DNA of 64,000 nucleotides. It comes from Takakia lepidozioides (Eukaryota; Plantae; Bryophyta). Both the position numbers and the translations under genes were made by a program. This document shows, piece by piece, positions 41,025-54,035 of the stretch. Each line of letters starts with the position of its first letter. The stretch's first letter is position 1. The stretch covers positions 1,426,001-1,490,000 of the forward strand of contig CM060731.1 of the NCBI GenBank assembly GCA_030704615.1. The letters are read 5' to 3'. The notes beneath the pieces are model-generated. The model saw nothing but the letters and a program-made list of their open reading frames with translations, made no database searches and was not told the DNA's origin.

Positions 41025-44000
41025 CTAATTCCGGCCACCATACCAGCCTCCCCTGCCACCAGTTCTAGTACTTCGTGACAAGCCTGCCAGTGCTCTGTTC
41101 ACTAGTTGTGTGGATCCCGCCCCATCACCGCGCCCCTTCTTTGATCCTGTCGCCACGCCTCCATTCACTGCCGTTGCTCCCCTCTTCATCCTGAAGTCAT
41201 AGAGCCCACACAAGGGCCTTTTGAGCATCAGGAAAGCATCAGGAAAGATGGGATAATATCACAATATAAAGCTGACTTCTTGCATATATATATGTGTAAT
41301 TGAGTAAACTCCATACCTACATTCAAAAGGTCATTTGGGGGATAACCAATACCAGAAGCAGTCTTAATCTTATGCAGGTCACTCACTAAGTATCCGACAA
41401 CCTAATTAGGAATAGCAGTGACTACTAGCTGCTACAACACCCCCGTCATCAGCTCCAGATAGTGACCATATGAATGCATGCTCACAAACACAAGCACATA
41501 TTTATACACGTATCTTCGTGCTGAGTTTCTGTTACAGTTCCAAGTAACTGCAATACTTGGCCATAACGTTGGCTCCCAGTGGAGAGAGAGTGAATCAAAG
41601 CTTTCATCCACAGCTGAGAACATTCCAGTAACAGGGGGGTGTGGATTCAGGGGCTGGCATTGACCTCATACTAGGAAGCATTATGTTTGTTTCAGCACTG
41701 GTACTGTAAGGCCTCTCTACCTAACACCCATATGAGGAAAGAAGAACAGAGCCAGCTCATGAGCCTTTGCCAATAGAGCAATGGCATACCATGGTTCGCA
41801 CAATGGGTTACGAACCCTTGAAGAACCGCAGGCCTTTTACCACTACGCTATGGATTTCTTGGTAAAATTATCATCATTTTAGATCATATAGATGAGTAAT
41901 GATGTTTTCCCATTCAATCAGAACACCCCTATGAAGAGACTAGATACAAAACTTTCAATTCAGCGGTCTCTAGTTATCAGAGGTGAAACACCATAGCTAC
42001 TGGGGCACAATCACCACATTGGTATGAAGGAAACCTCAAGAGATAAAGCAGGGGGGACCACATGCTGTAGGGTCCTCCTGCAGCCTACACGTTAGACTCA
42101 GGGGTACTGGGTGGTCACTACTTTGACCCAGGACGTCGGCTCAAGTGACCTAAATATATCCACGTTGTGGGGGGTAAAGAACAGTAAGCTTATTCCCCCT
42201 CAATTTTTAACATCCGGGAGTCAGAGCGGCAAATGCACCGTACCCTGTTGAAGGAACAGTTGGAACTGACGAAAATTTTGGTAACTCTTTCCATGAGAGA
42301 TTGATTGTCTTCTTCTCCCCAAAGAACGCAGGTGCTTTCTGGTGTAATGGCTGCCACAGCAGAGAAACAAAACCTCAGCAAAAAGGTAACCATGATCATT
42401 CAATAGGTGAATATAAATGGCAATTATCCTGACCTGGGTTAAGGCAAGAATGTTGTTGCAAGTGCGAAGTCCTATGCTTGTACTCTGCTTCTTCGCCCTC
42501 TGCACACACATCCACAAACCTCCACTATGAAGTACAATGACGCAAAAATCTGACAGAAATTAGGCAAGACATAATGGGATAAAAGTAGGGCAGTTTGCAC
42601 AAACACCTCTCCCAGTAATCCACACACTTCACATGATAGAAATCCAATCACCTGCTGCAAACTCCAAACAGTTTGTACATCATAAATCGACCAGATAGTG
42701 TGATGAAACAACAGAAGCACATACCACATCAGCTTTGGCGGCATCATTTTTAGCAGCAGACATCACCTTGTTGTGCTCTGCCATTCCCTGCGCCAACTTC
42801 TTATTGGTCGCTTTTGCCAAGTCCTCCACTACTGTCAATCTATACAACTCCAAAAGCAAGATTAGAAGTGTCTCTGGTTTCTTCAACCTCTAAAAGAGCA
42901 TATTCTCTTTCTCTCTCAAACAAGTGGATCCACCCACAAATTTGATTCACAGGCTAACTTTGAAGCATGTGTGAACTAGACCAAGTCGTGATTGGAATTA
43001 AAAAGTTCATTAACATCTCAAGAACAGAACTCCAAGAAAAGATTGAGGCCAAGATTAGCAAGGGTGTGGAACAAATGTTGCCGAAAATTCCAAGAGCTGA
43101 AAGCCCATCACAGGAGTAAGCAAGCAAGTCTACAAGGCTAGCATGCACGCAAGTATATCACTCTCTCTCTCACAATTCATCTTGGACAGCTCCACATCAA
43201 AACAAGGCTAGGTGCTGCAACTGCCGAAGCCAGACCACCAACCCTCAGTGACCAAAAGAGGAGCAAGCAAGCAATTCTAACATGTACATCTTATTATCTC
43301 AGACAATTCATACTTTGGAACATCCACTTCAAAACATTGCTAGGTGTGCAGTTGCTGAAGCCAAACCACCAACAATCATTAAAGCAAAGAGCTGTTGGTC
43401 CCTTGCCTTTCTGTGAAGTCTTTAAAAAGCTCTGTGAAATCCTCTCCTAACCGATCTGAAGGCTGGCCTGTCACAATTTTGTAGCCACATAGGCTGTTTG
43501 TGATATTGGGCGCCTGCAAACGGACACACAGCCCATGATCACCCACAACTAGTGAGGCATTGCAATGGTGTGTAATTCAAAGCCTGCAGCAGAAGTGCTA
43601 TTGTATCAGATTGTTGATAGCACGTATTCACGCTGCACTAGATTTTCACATGGAACCGAATAAATTGAATGCAAAAGACCCTGTCCAATTCAGTATTGCA
43701 CATAGGGTTGTAAAAAGTATGATGATCAGGAAGAAGGAAATGAAGGAACCTTGTGAGCCAGTTGATGAAATGTATACAACAGGCACTCTACAACTGTGAA
43801 GTTCAACTCCTCCCCTGTTTTTCTCTGTGGCATGTACATCTGCATGCAGTGTGCAAAATACAAGTTGAGCAAAAGCTTCCAGACATAAGTACATGCCATT
43901 CTTCTGCCCTTGCATAAGTCTCTGGATCAATACAGCTATTACTACAAGCATATCCCAGAAGTTTTGATCCTTGACCTCAAGAAGAGAAGGGATAGAGGAA

Positions 44001-47000
44001 GGGGAGTCTTCTTGGAGGTTATCCCAACTGAGCAGTTCAGTTTCGAATGACAACAACCTGAAACTAGAGATATATTAAGGCTGCTGTTTCCTCCATGATG
44101 CTAGTAAGCTTGCGCTGCAGGACCTGAGAATTCACAGGGGTGTAGGTGCAAGAGACACCAGATTCTGACAATGGTTCTGTAGGCTGCATAGAGCATTTCC
44201 TGTAGAAAAATGAGAGAATAGATTCTTTTATAATCACCTTGAGGAGCTGCAAAGTAGAGGGAAGAAGCTGACGAGCATCTTGAGCTGAAGTGAAAGGCGA
44301 ACTCTCAGCTAGATTTTTTAGCAGGTCCAATTTCTTATCCTCTGCAAGCTGCACCCACCCACTTTCTGTGAGGCATGTATCCAATTACTCCAACCTCCTG
44401 TCCTTGTATGCAGCATTAGGAAGCCCACAGTGACCATGGCCCCCAGACCGTACCTTGTCAAAAACAGGGAGAAGGTGCTTGTTGATGTAATTAAGAAACT
44501 TGCTGTTAGAAGCCCCGCGCTGCACATTCAACCAGCAAAGATAGAACCTTTAGTAGAATCTTTGTTACAAGAGCCCCACCTTCACCAACTATGGATAGAC
44601 GAGAATAGCTTCAACTTTGCCTATGCATTCTTCAAACAGCCATGTTCATAACGAAAATTGGCACTGGTTGTCTACTAGACAAACATTGGCTGGGACACCA
44701 AAGAGACCAAGGAAGAGCATGGGCAATCCAGGACATACCGCGTACAAGGGAAGGGCCATATTCAAGCAAGACATCAAACGGTCAATGTGGTCAGTGTCTG
44801 ATATCTGCACAGCATGGCCCCCAGATAATCTGTATCAACCACCCCAGCCTCATTCCAGACTGAGCACTAGCACAGCTTATTACAAACTCTCCATTAGGAG
44901 CTGAGAGACAGTCATCCTTGCATGCAAAACAGCCCTTTCTAGCAACTATAGATTACCATCGCCCCCCTCCCCTCCCCTCCCTGCAGCCCTGTTTCCTCTT
45001 TTCCCTCCCTTCCCTCTGCAATAAACCCCCACCTGTGTTTACTTTGCGCAAACACAACAGCATGCACAAAGAACTCACTGAAAAAGCGCACTCAAGCAGA
45101 GAGCTGTGACAAGAAGGGGGAACCCACATTGAAAACGGCTTCCAAATCAGCTTGACCCTCCACAATAGATAGCAGTTCCTGCACATGCTCTGGAGGGGCC
45201 GTCTCACCGAAAAGGCTTAAGCTCTTGAGAAAGTCCATGAACACCTTGAACTCAGCTCCAGTGACATCTTGCAAACTCTGCATCACCACACCATATATCT
45301 CCATTACTAATTCCAGCATCATAGGGGGGTCATGAGATATGCTTCAGCCACTCGTTGTACCATTCCATCCAATACCTGGTATGGATACTGTGATAGGTGA
45401 ACTGTATGCAAGGGCTGTTCTCCACAGCAGGTGAATCAGATACTAAGGGATAAGTGGGTTTCCTACACAAAAAGAGAACGAAAGGTGTCTCAGCCAACAT
45501 ATGACAAAGGTGAAAAGCAAGGCGAAAAAGAAATACCTTCTTGATGAGATCGGTTATGTGCCTCTCTATCTCTTTCTGAGGGTGGAAAAGCTCCCGTCTT
45601 AAGGAAAATACCTGTATTCGTATTGCATGCATCAAATGCAGTCCCAAAATATACCCACTCTGCAAATCCTCTAACAAAAGCTGGCATGAAAGCCAAGTCA
45701 TTTTGCAACAAACTACCAAAGCAGCAAAAGACGACTCTGATGGTAAAGCGTTAAAAACCAAAACCCAACTCCGACAAGCTTTTCAGAGGAAGGGTACGTC
45801 ATGTCCCCTGAATGTTGGCCTGTTCAAATGATAGTCGAGGGGGTAACTTGTAAGGTGAGACAGGCACGTACTTTCTCTTTAACGAACATAAGAACCTTCT
45901 CCCGAATGTTCTCATCAGAACTTTCAATATGCTTAAACAATGCTGTAAGTGATGCTGCAATAAATAACGAGCCAACCAAGCAAGTTAGGGTTCCAATGAC
46001 CAGTCACTCTCTGCAACGTTTCAAGCAAAACCTAGTGTTAAGCCACAATCCGAGAGGTGGGCATTTTCGACAGGAACTGAATTTCTTTGACCAACAAAAG
46101 CTGCCAGCACCCAAGTACTCATGCAGAAAGATCAACAGTGCTCGCCTGATATACCTTTGGTGTCCTGCCGGAGCACCGACATCAGTGCCTGCTGGACCGC
46201 ATCTCGCTCCAACCCCTCTTCTGTGCAAACACGCCTACCACATTCAGCATGCCCAAAAGGGACAGCATAATTCTGGAGGCCTATATGCCTATCACGATCA
46301 GCCAAGGAGACCAGATACATACCTGAAAGGAGCAGTTGGCCCAACACATCCACAATCTTGGGCACATGCTCCAGAGTGTCCTTGCATAACAATGGTAGCC
46401 CTCGGATGGCCTGCACTCGTATCTGCACTTCCTCCCAATGCTTCCATCAATACTCACATAATGGACTTTTTCTGCCCCTAAAACCCTACTGCTCCCTCTC
46501 TGTTCTCAGCCCCTCCCTATCTGCATCCCTCTCCTTTCATGATTTACTTCAATCTTGCACATAGACCTATTCTCGCAACCCTAATAAGCTTATTGCCCCA
46601 TGATAGTTCTGCGGCACTCGAGTTTGGACAAAGACACGAATATGACAACTGCAAACCGTAACAACCATGCACGTGCCTATAATGTGTACGCTGGGCCAGG
46701 GGCGTGGGATTAGGTTTCTCTGAACCCTCATCAGAGTGTAACGAATCTATAAAGATCTTAGTCGTCGACAGTTGGGGGCAGCCAACATCCAATTTTTATT
46801 GCGTGGTCATAGTTCCTAACAATGAAAGCTTTGTAATTCATATCTGCTACAGGAAACTCGCCTCTCTCCCTAGAACCGAGAGGTTCAGATAGCAATGCCC
46901 ACACTTCAACACCTAGAGTCCAAACCACCCTCAACAAAACCTTAAACCCAAGAAACAGGAAAAAGTCTGACCCCCAATTCATCTTCCTCGCACAAATCCA

Positions 47001-47228
47001 GCTGTGCATTGATAGCCTGAGCCGATAGATTTGGGAAGTGCTTGAAAAACCGTGGAATCAGCTGCGCGGCTAGTTGCTTTGATTTACTGCTTCCCTTCGC
47101 GGCTTCTATTATCCCTACATAATCAGCCTCGTTCTGACCCGTCCCACAACAAGAATGTCTGCACATAAGACACGTAAAAATAAAAACATATGGAAAAGGA
47201 ATAAAGTCTCCATCTCTCCTCCTCATTG

Positions 47229-47269
<41 letters not shown>

Positions 47270-47380
47270 ACATACTCATATGAAATAACAAACCTTTGAT
47301 TTTTCTTTGGATTCATTGAGCCGCTCTCCATATTCGTAGAGCCTCTCAATGGCAGCAGAGGCATCTTCCGGTGCAGCCAT
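41025..47380 (-). CDS. API5: Apoptosis inhibitor 5 (API5/AAC-11)-like protein, about 16 exons
   Basis: The ATG is at 47380 (MAAPEDASAAIERLYEYGERLNE). Later exons carry KQLAAQLIPRFFKHFP, IRVQAIRGLPLLCKD, DVTGAEFKVFMDFL, DHIDRLMSCL, EDKKLDLLKNLAE, NFTVVECLLYTFHQL, NSLCGYKIVTGQPSDRLGEDF, GLRTCNNILAL and INLSWKE. The last exon is 41190-41025 with QLVNRALAG and an RG-rich tail. Confidence 0.95.
41640..41855 (-). mobile_element. Possible degenerate tRNA-derived SINE in the last API5 intron
   Basis: The minus strand has A-box-like TAGCGTAGTGG and B-box-like GGTTCGTAACC at ~41805-41850. The 3' boundary and TSD are not resolved. Confidence 0.35.
47230..47266. repeat. (CT)n microsatellite in API5 intron 1
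   Basis: About 18 perfect CT units. Confidence 0.95.
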
Positions 47381-48272
47381 AACCCTGCGCTGGCAAGGCA
47401 GCGGGTGCTTGAGGTCAAGCAACTACCACAGCACTTCAGTCATACGCCCAGCCCGCAGCAACCCACAATAGAGCAACCAGGACACCAGCCTGCACAGCAT
47501 ACTACATTCGCAACCCAGTTTCCCTGCTTCCTTAAAGAAACAAGGAAAAAAACTGGCACCTCTCATCTACGGGTCTGTCAACATACGTATGTATCCCAAA
47601 TCCAATACATACGTATATGCGAACCTGCCTCCTCATATCCTCGGATTGAAGAGGAATGAAATGAACTCAAGGGTACAAACTAAGTTACTACGAAACAAAA
47701 GACTTTCTTGGTGATGATGTTTGCATGCATTCTTGTTCTATCGTTTTATGATTGCAACGTGATCTCGGCCATGCAACTCTCCCCTTGCGACACGGTCAAG
47801 CAATCTTGTGAAGGATTTAGGAGTTAACAAAGAAGCTTGCTCATGTGATGATCAACCGCAGAAGTTGGAAGTTAGATCAGGTAGGTTGTGGGCCATACAA
47901 GGAAGGAGACGACTGCTGCCCCACAATTGCTAAAGCATACACGACCTCTAGGCTATGGCAGTTTGTGGGGAGTTTGTTTCATGAAAGAAACTTGTCGTGA
48001 CGACAGCATTCAAAACGGTCATGTTGGTAGTGCTCAAAGATTGTAATTTCCGACTGTAGTGCACTTAACTTGGAATTTTTTTCGCTCAGTTTGGGTCATC
48101 AACATGCCAAGTTCAAAGTTCCAAGACACAAGATCATTATTCTAGGGTGTCAATGCAGTTCCTATAGATACCCTCTAGGTCTACACGTTTTGCATAGTAT
48201 ATAACATGCTCGTCTGAAAGTTCATCAGCCTACTAGGACTCTCGTTGTGAAATGAGCTATGAATTGTAAGTG

Positions 48273-49462
48273 TCATGTGTAGTGTTTGAATTCATCATAT
48301 GCTACTGGTCTATTGCCAATTTGGGTTGCACAAGTGAGGGGTCCTTGTGACTGATACATCCGAGGGTAAAACACACGACCCAGTGGAGAATTCCACGCCT
48401 TGCAAGGAGTGCCATTCCAAGACTCGGAGTTCATTGTAGTAACAGGCCCTTGCAGGGTTGCTGGACTCCCTGGGGGGGTTGGAGGCTTGTAATTTGGAGC
48501 TGCAGACTCAGAGCGCAAGCTTTTCTTCCACATCTGCAAAGCCAATACAGGTTTGTACATTTTGAGTAAGTGGGAGATCAGAAGCTGGTATTAAACATAC
48601 AAGACATTCCCATCGGACGATTTCGAGCCAAGGAAGACTGCTCAAGGGCACCAGGTCCTCTGATGCAAGTGCGTTGACAGAGTACAGTATGAAATCTAGG
48701 TATATCAATGGATGCTGGCTTTCTGATACAGATTACTGCCCTCGTTCAAGATTTGCTGTGATGTCTTCATCAGTTCCTCGGGTTCATATCTGGTTGGTTG
48801 TTATTCAGTGAATGAGGCTGCACATTCGATCGTTTGTAAGAGGAGGTTCCAGCTGCCACGTGAGGGAAGTCTGATCACTTGCATCGGAAGTAAGACGGAT
48901 TGAAGACAAAGCTGCAAATCCAATTGTTCACTACCATGAAATGAAAGATAGACATGAAAGGATGGAAATTTACTTTGTCATGCAAGAAGGGTGGAATATG
49001 GGCCAAATTGAAACCGGTGGAGCTTGTCGGATAGCCAGAAGTCACATGTTCAAACATGACCTTTTTCCTCAATGGACGTTGGAGTGATGTAGATATCCTT
49101 GAAGACGAATCCTTGCATGAGTAGAATGAAATACTGCTTTTATCCTCGTCCGCTTTGGTTGTAGCACTAGGGGCCCTGTCCACTTCACTGCTGGTAGATT
49201 CCGATCCGTCGTCCACCGAGGAAGAGCCATAGCTGGTGGTCTGCTCGTCTGAAGCTCCCGTGGAACCTGCAGGTCCCGGATTGGCACCCATAGAGGTGTT
49301 CTTCGACCGATCACCGACAACGGCGACCGGGGGAGCAGATCGGATAGGCCGGCCTCGCTTTCCGTTGGGAGAATCGAGAACGTGGATCAGCTTGTCCAAG
49401 GCATTTCGAACATTCATTGCTGCATACGTGTTTGCGTAGCTTTCCTTGTAGAGTTTACCCAT
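48273..49462 (-). pseudogene. Unknown spliced ORF remnant, possibly TE cargo
   Basis: There is a 195-aa Ser-rich ORF, a plausible GT-AG intron at ~48972-48913, a continuation with in-frame stops, and a last ORF at 48560-48273. No domain was recognised. Confidence 0.35.
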
Positions 49463-51377
49463 GGCGGGGGGGCATCTGTTTTTGGTGTGTGCTTACAGCT
49501 CTGATGCTCGCTTCTAGAGCTAGATTCTCCCTGATTCAAAATTCAAGGAAATGATTAGGATATTGGATCACAAACTCAAGCAGGAACGAGAGTCAAATGC
49601 GAGACCGGGGGGGTCATCAACAGACTCGGGTGAATGCGTCCATAAACCGTAATTTCCTTTCCATATGCCTTTGTGCTCTTTAGCGCCAACCCAATTTAAA
49701 GAGACCATGTTCTATTGTGTATAATTGAGAGAGAAAGAGAGATGACAACCATACAAAACAGCTTGAGTTAGAATCAACTCTGTTCATGATTTGGTGGCAA
49801 TGAGATCAGTGCATTGAGAAAGTATCAGTGCAGACGTGGAATCATGAACTACAAACAATTTCCAGACCTTTTCTTAGGGCGTACATCATTACGTACCTAG
49901 GAATACTTCAACCTTCTCAGAAATCTCTCCAAGACTGGCCAATGACCTCCGCATAATCATCCCACGGCCTACCTCTTTTCACACATATACACACATCCGG
50001 ATGTCCTTGTATAAACAGATTATGCTCCCTCTCTCACACACGGACGGGCAATAGTCCCCGCTCTCTTTCTTTCTTCCTTCCTTCCTACATCTTTCTCGCT
50101 CTCACTTGTTAGTGTACATCACAAACTTTTGATAGTAAACAACTGTCGCTTCGGGAATCTCTACTGGTAACAATGTCTCTTCTGTGCGTGCCTGGTGTGT
50201 CTTCTAGGTAGTGATCTCTCAAGACCGTCGGGCTGCCTCCTCGACCTCCATGATCCGTGGGGTCGTGTACAAAGAACCACCAGGTTTAATCTCCTCTCCA
50301 ATTATGCATCCGTTTGTTTGACCACCTTCGAATCTTTCTCAAAAAGGTTGCTCCACCCACTCTTCCCGCCCTTAGCGAATGGGGTTTCGAAAGCACACAA
50401 CCCTAATCGGTCAATAAGCAATTAGCAGCCTGGGAGCAGGGATGCTCACAATCAGCAGGTCCAATTCTGCTCTCTATTGAGCGGCAATGCGCATTTCCCC
50501 ACGAAACTCCAAACTTGTGTGTCGGGCCAGACTTCTTTCACAGCACCCACACGAACAGAACACATGAAACAGAAATCAGAGATCACACTCTCATAGTGTG
50601 CACAGGAGGATTGTCAAGAATTCCAAGTGGGTGTAGTATTTTCACTGCCTCACTCCAGATGAGCATTCGTGCATGCCTGCCTTTCGAGAGTACAGGCATG
50701 TCTGTTGCAGGTCTGCAATGACTAGTAGGGGAATGTGGGAAGGATGAAAATGGGGGATAAGAGTACTGATTACGAGAAGAGAGAAGACGCCATGAGGCAC
50801 AATCTGGTCTCCTGATCGTGTATTGGTGTGTGCCTGTGTTAGAGAGAAGTAGAAATTGTGAACTGCAGCCTTATGAGACTCCCCACTCGATCTGAGAGTA
50901 GTGGGGGAGAATAATGAAGAAACGCTTGCTCATGCACCGATACTTCATGTTTGTCCAAGGGAGATTTTGGAGGCCATACGGGTGAAGCTCCATGCCCTGC
51001 TAAGTTGGACAAGGTAGGCACAATGCATGGGAAGTGGCATGGCAGATGAGGGAGAGAAAGAATCAACTAGGAATGAGATGGAGTCGCCTAGGGAGAAATG
51101 AGAGAAGGAATATTGTTAAGGGGCAGGCTTTGGTGTGGTGGGTAGTATTGATGCTACTCCATGCCTGTATGCAGCTAAATACAGGTGGTGGTCAAGTCTC
51201 TGCAGCAGCTGATTTTGGATAGCAGTTATCTATGTGAAGCCTGGTTTATTCCAACAAAGGTTCAAATTGAGTTTTCCTTTCCTTCTTCATTTCACCCACG
51301 CCCATTAGTGTGTCCTAGTATTTCCTGAACTTGCTAGAGTCAATCGAACATGTGAAAGGGCAAAAACTGATAGGCAA

Positions 51378-52028
51378 ATCAACCTTGCGTCAATGCAAGG
51401 TTGATGAAGGGCCAGGCTATGTAGGTTTTCCTGTGTTCTTGGGCTGTTTTTATTTGTCGTTTCCAGTTCCAATGCTGCCAGGATGAACTTAAAGTCTGTT
51501 TAGAGTTTGTTTGAAATTCTGTTTAGAGCTTACACTGTACCAACAAATAGCCTTGCGTTGACGCAACGTTGTTTGACGGTATGGATTGCTAGAAATGTCC
51601 CGCAGAAATACCCCGATTTCCATACAATTGTAGGAAAGTTAAGGTTATCAAATACCATGGACAGGTGTTTCAGCAGAGGAATTCAACCTTGCGTCAACGC
51701 AAGGTTGAATATCCATACCAGCAGATCTTTGGATGGTTGTTTTCAAGCACTGTTTTCCATTTCCTTTGTTAATGAAAACAAGCTTGCGTTGACGCAATGT
51801 TGAATTCCGTTTGTCAATCACTGTCTCTTTCAATGCTACATTATCATAGGTGTATCTGCCAATCTACTTTGCGTCAACGCGAGGTTGATTGGGGTTCCAT
51901 ATTGTGCATGAGATGTTTTAGGATAATGGGCTTTCCCTCTCGTAGGTGCTCGTTGAAAATGCAGTTCTCCACATTTGGTGTTTTCCATTTCAGCTCGAAT
52001 CAACATTGCGTCAACGCAAGGTTGATTC
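51378..52028. repeat. Palindrome array B: 6 dispersed copies of (AT)TCAACCTTGCGT-NN-ACGCAAGGTTGA(AT)
   Basis: Copies start near 51378, 51549, 51681 (perfect 14-bp arms), 51778, 51861 and 51998. Spacers are unrelated and spacing is irregular (~85-170 bp). Confidence 0.9.
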
Positions 52029-52150
52029 AGGCTTACAAACGTTAGTTTATCAATGTTACTAACCTGCATTCCTATACCATTTTCGTGATGTGTGATCTGT
52101 GTCCTGATCAGATCGAATGATTGTCTGGATTTTGGGTGTGTGTGATTCAG

Positions 52151-53150
52151 GTACATATATCATGTCCTCATACCGGGAAAGTACCTTAGCGATGACCGAG
52201 ACTTCATCTACTCATGGGCTGACCCCTCCAATGACAAGACAATGTACACAGCTGGTATTGCCAGAGACTGGAGCAGGGCGCACTTCAGGGACTGTGGGTG
52301 GTATCTCGATCTGCCAAAACAGGACACACCATTCGATGAAGTTGTTTTGAGAAACCTTAACGACAACGCCGCAACACTTGCCCCACTGGCTGACAAAGAC
52401 ATTCAGGACAGAATCATTGCTGCTCTGGCTGCAAAAGAGCCTGAGAAATCTGCTACTCCAAAACGGAAGGGGAAGGTTGCCGGGGATCCGAAGGGGAAGG
52501 GGAAGAGTGCAGCTCCGCAGGAACAGGGCCCATCAGAGGTCGCTGAAAGACAGCCTTCTCCAACTAGGAGGGATAGAAGAACAGCAAAGCCGAGGGAGCA
52601 GCCTTTCGATGCGAGAGAACATCCATCCAGGGTTTTGGGCCAGTTCCATTGTAAGGTGGTGAATGAAAGTTTTCTGGCAATGATGGAATCCAAGAAGTCC
52701 ACATTCAAAGGGGTGCCCTCGAAATCATGGGACATGCTTGTTTCGTTCCTCACTCAGGTAAGCACATATGTCTTAACTGTTGTGTGAATAATTTTGTTTT
52801 GGCAACTTGTTCTGTCTTGTCGAGGGGATTGATTTCGTGTTGGATTTGGATTGGGATTGTGACACTGTCTCCTGTTTTTGGCTGTAGGTCACAAAAAGGC
52901 CAGATTGGGTGAATAGAGTTCAGCAGGCATACGCGACTGACTTTGTGGTACTGGACATTCCTGACGGTTTCCCTATCCCTGATGTGTTGCTTTCCAATTC
53001 AACCCCCACTTGGAACAAATCGGATTCCTGTTACTGGCAGTGGGCTTTCTCATTCAGCAACAAATTCCTTTCTGACTCGGGGGCTCTTCTTCTCATGCAG
53101 TCAAAGGACATGTCGGCACGGAGAACTCTTTTCAGCTACATGAAAGCTTT
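52151..53150 (+). pseudogene. N-terminal half of a beta-class N4-cytosine/N6-adenine DNA methyltransferase-like domain (exons 52151-52757, 52888-53150)
   Basis: A GT-AG intron joins the exons in frame. DFVVLDIPDG sits in the position of motif IV (xDLxxTDPPY), and KFLSDSGALLLM resembles RVLKPGGxxxI. Similarity stops at ~53150. Confidence 0.6.
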
Positions 53151-54035
53151 GGTGCATATCTTATGGATAACTATGGATGATGTACTTTCTCTCCTCCCTT
53201 GTCTCTCGAGGGGGGAATGCTTGCGCGTGAGCCTGGCCAGGCTCACGCCACGTCAGCAAACATCCACGTGTGCATGGCCTAATTCCGTGCTTCCCTCCCT
53301 TATTACCGCGGATCGGTTGTTGCCTATGTCCTTATTTTTTTATCCCTCTTCATCGCCCCCACATGAATATTCTTTCCGACCGAGAACAATGGTAGGTTTG
53401 TGGATGGTTTAGGATCGAGGACTTGATTTTTGAATGAGGAGATCGCCCGCTAGAGAATTGAATATTAACAGCAAACCCCTTTTTTTGCAAAATAGTTCAT
53501 TCATTCCAACCCACAAACATTTTTCAATGCCGGAATCTGAAGACCTACCCAGGCAATCCCTAACTGTACTTACGGGAACGTGCGAAGAACTTGAAAAACA
53601 GTTTGGGGATGGAAGCAAAACCAATACACATTTTATTAAGTCTCGGTACTTGAACCTCAAGAACTATTGGAGGTTTCAGAGGAACCACTTCCAGAGTCTG
53701 CAGCAATATCATCTATGTACACAGCAGCCCATCCGCGATGTTTTTCTTTTCTGCGACCCCCATGGAGAGGCGAATACATTGTTTGTTGGGACAACACCCG
53801 TGCGCAAGCTTCCGCGTAAACCGGCAAGCGGTAAGCTCTAGGGGGACTCGGGGACATGTAGTATCCTTGGAAATGAAAGGTGTCTGCGTATTCGATGACT
53901 GGTGCCGAACTCTGGAAAGCAAGAAGAGGAATGGTGGTAGATGTTATCATCCAGAAATAGACAATGTAAGCAACCATCTGTCGAACGGGAATGACACAAG
54001 GAAATGCAACATATTTTGCACGACTAGAGCCGAAC

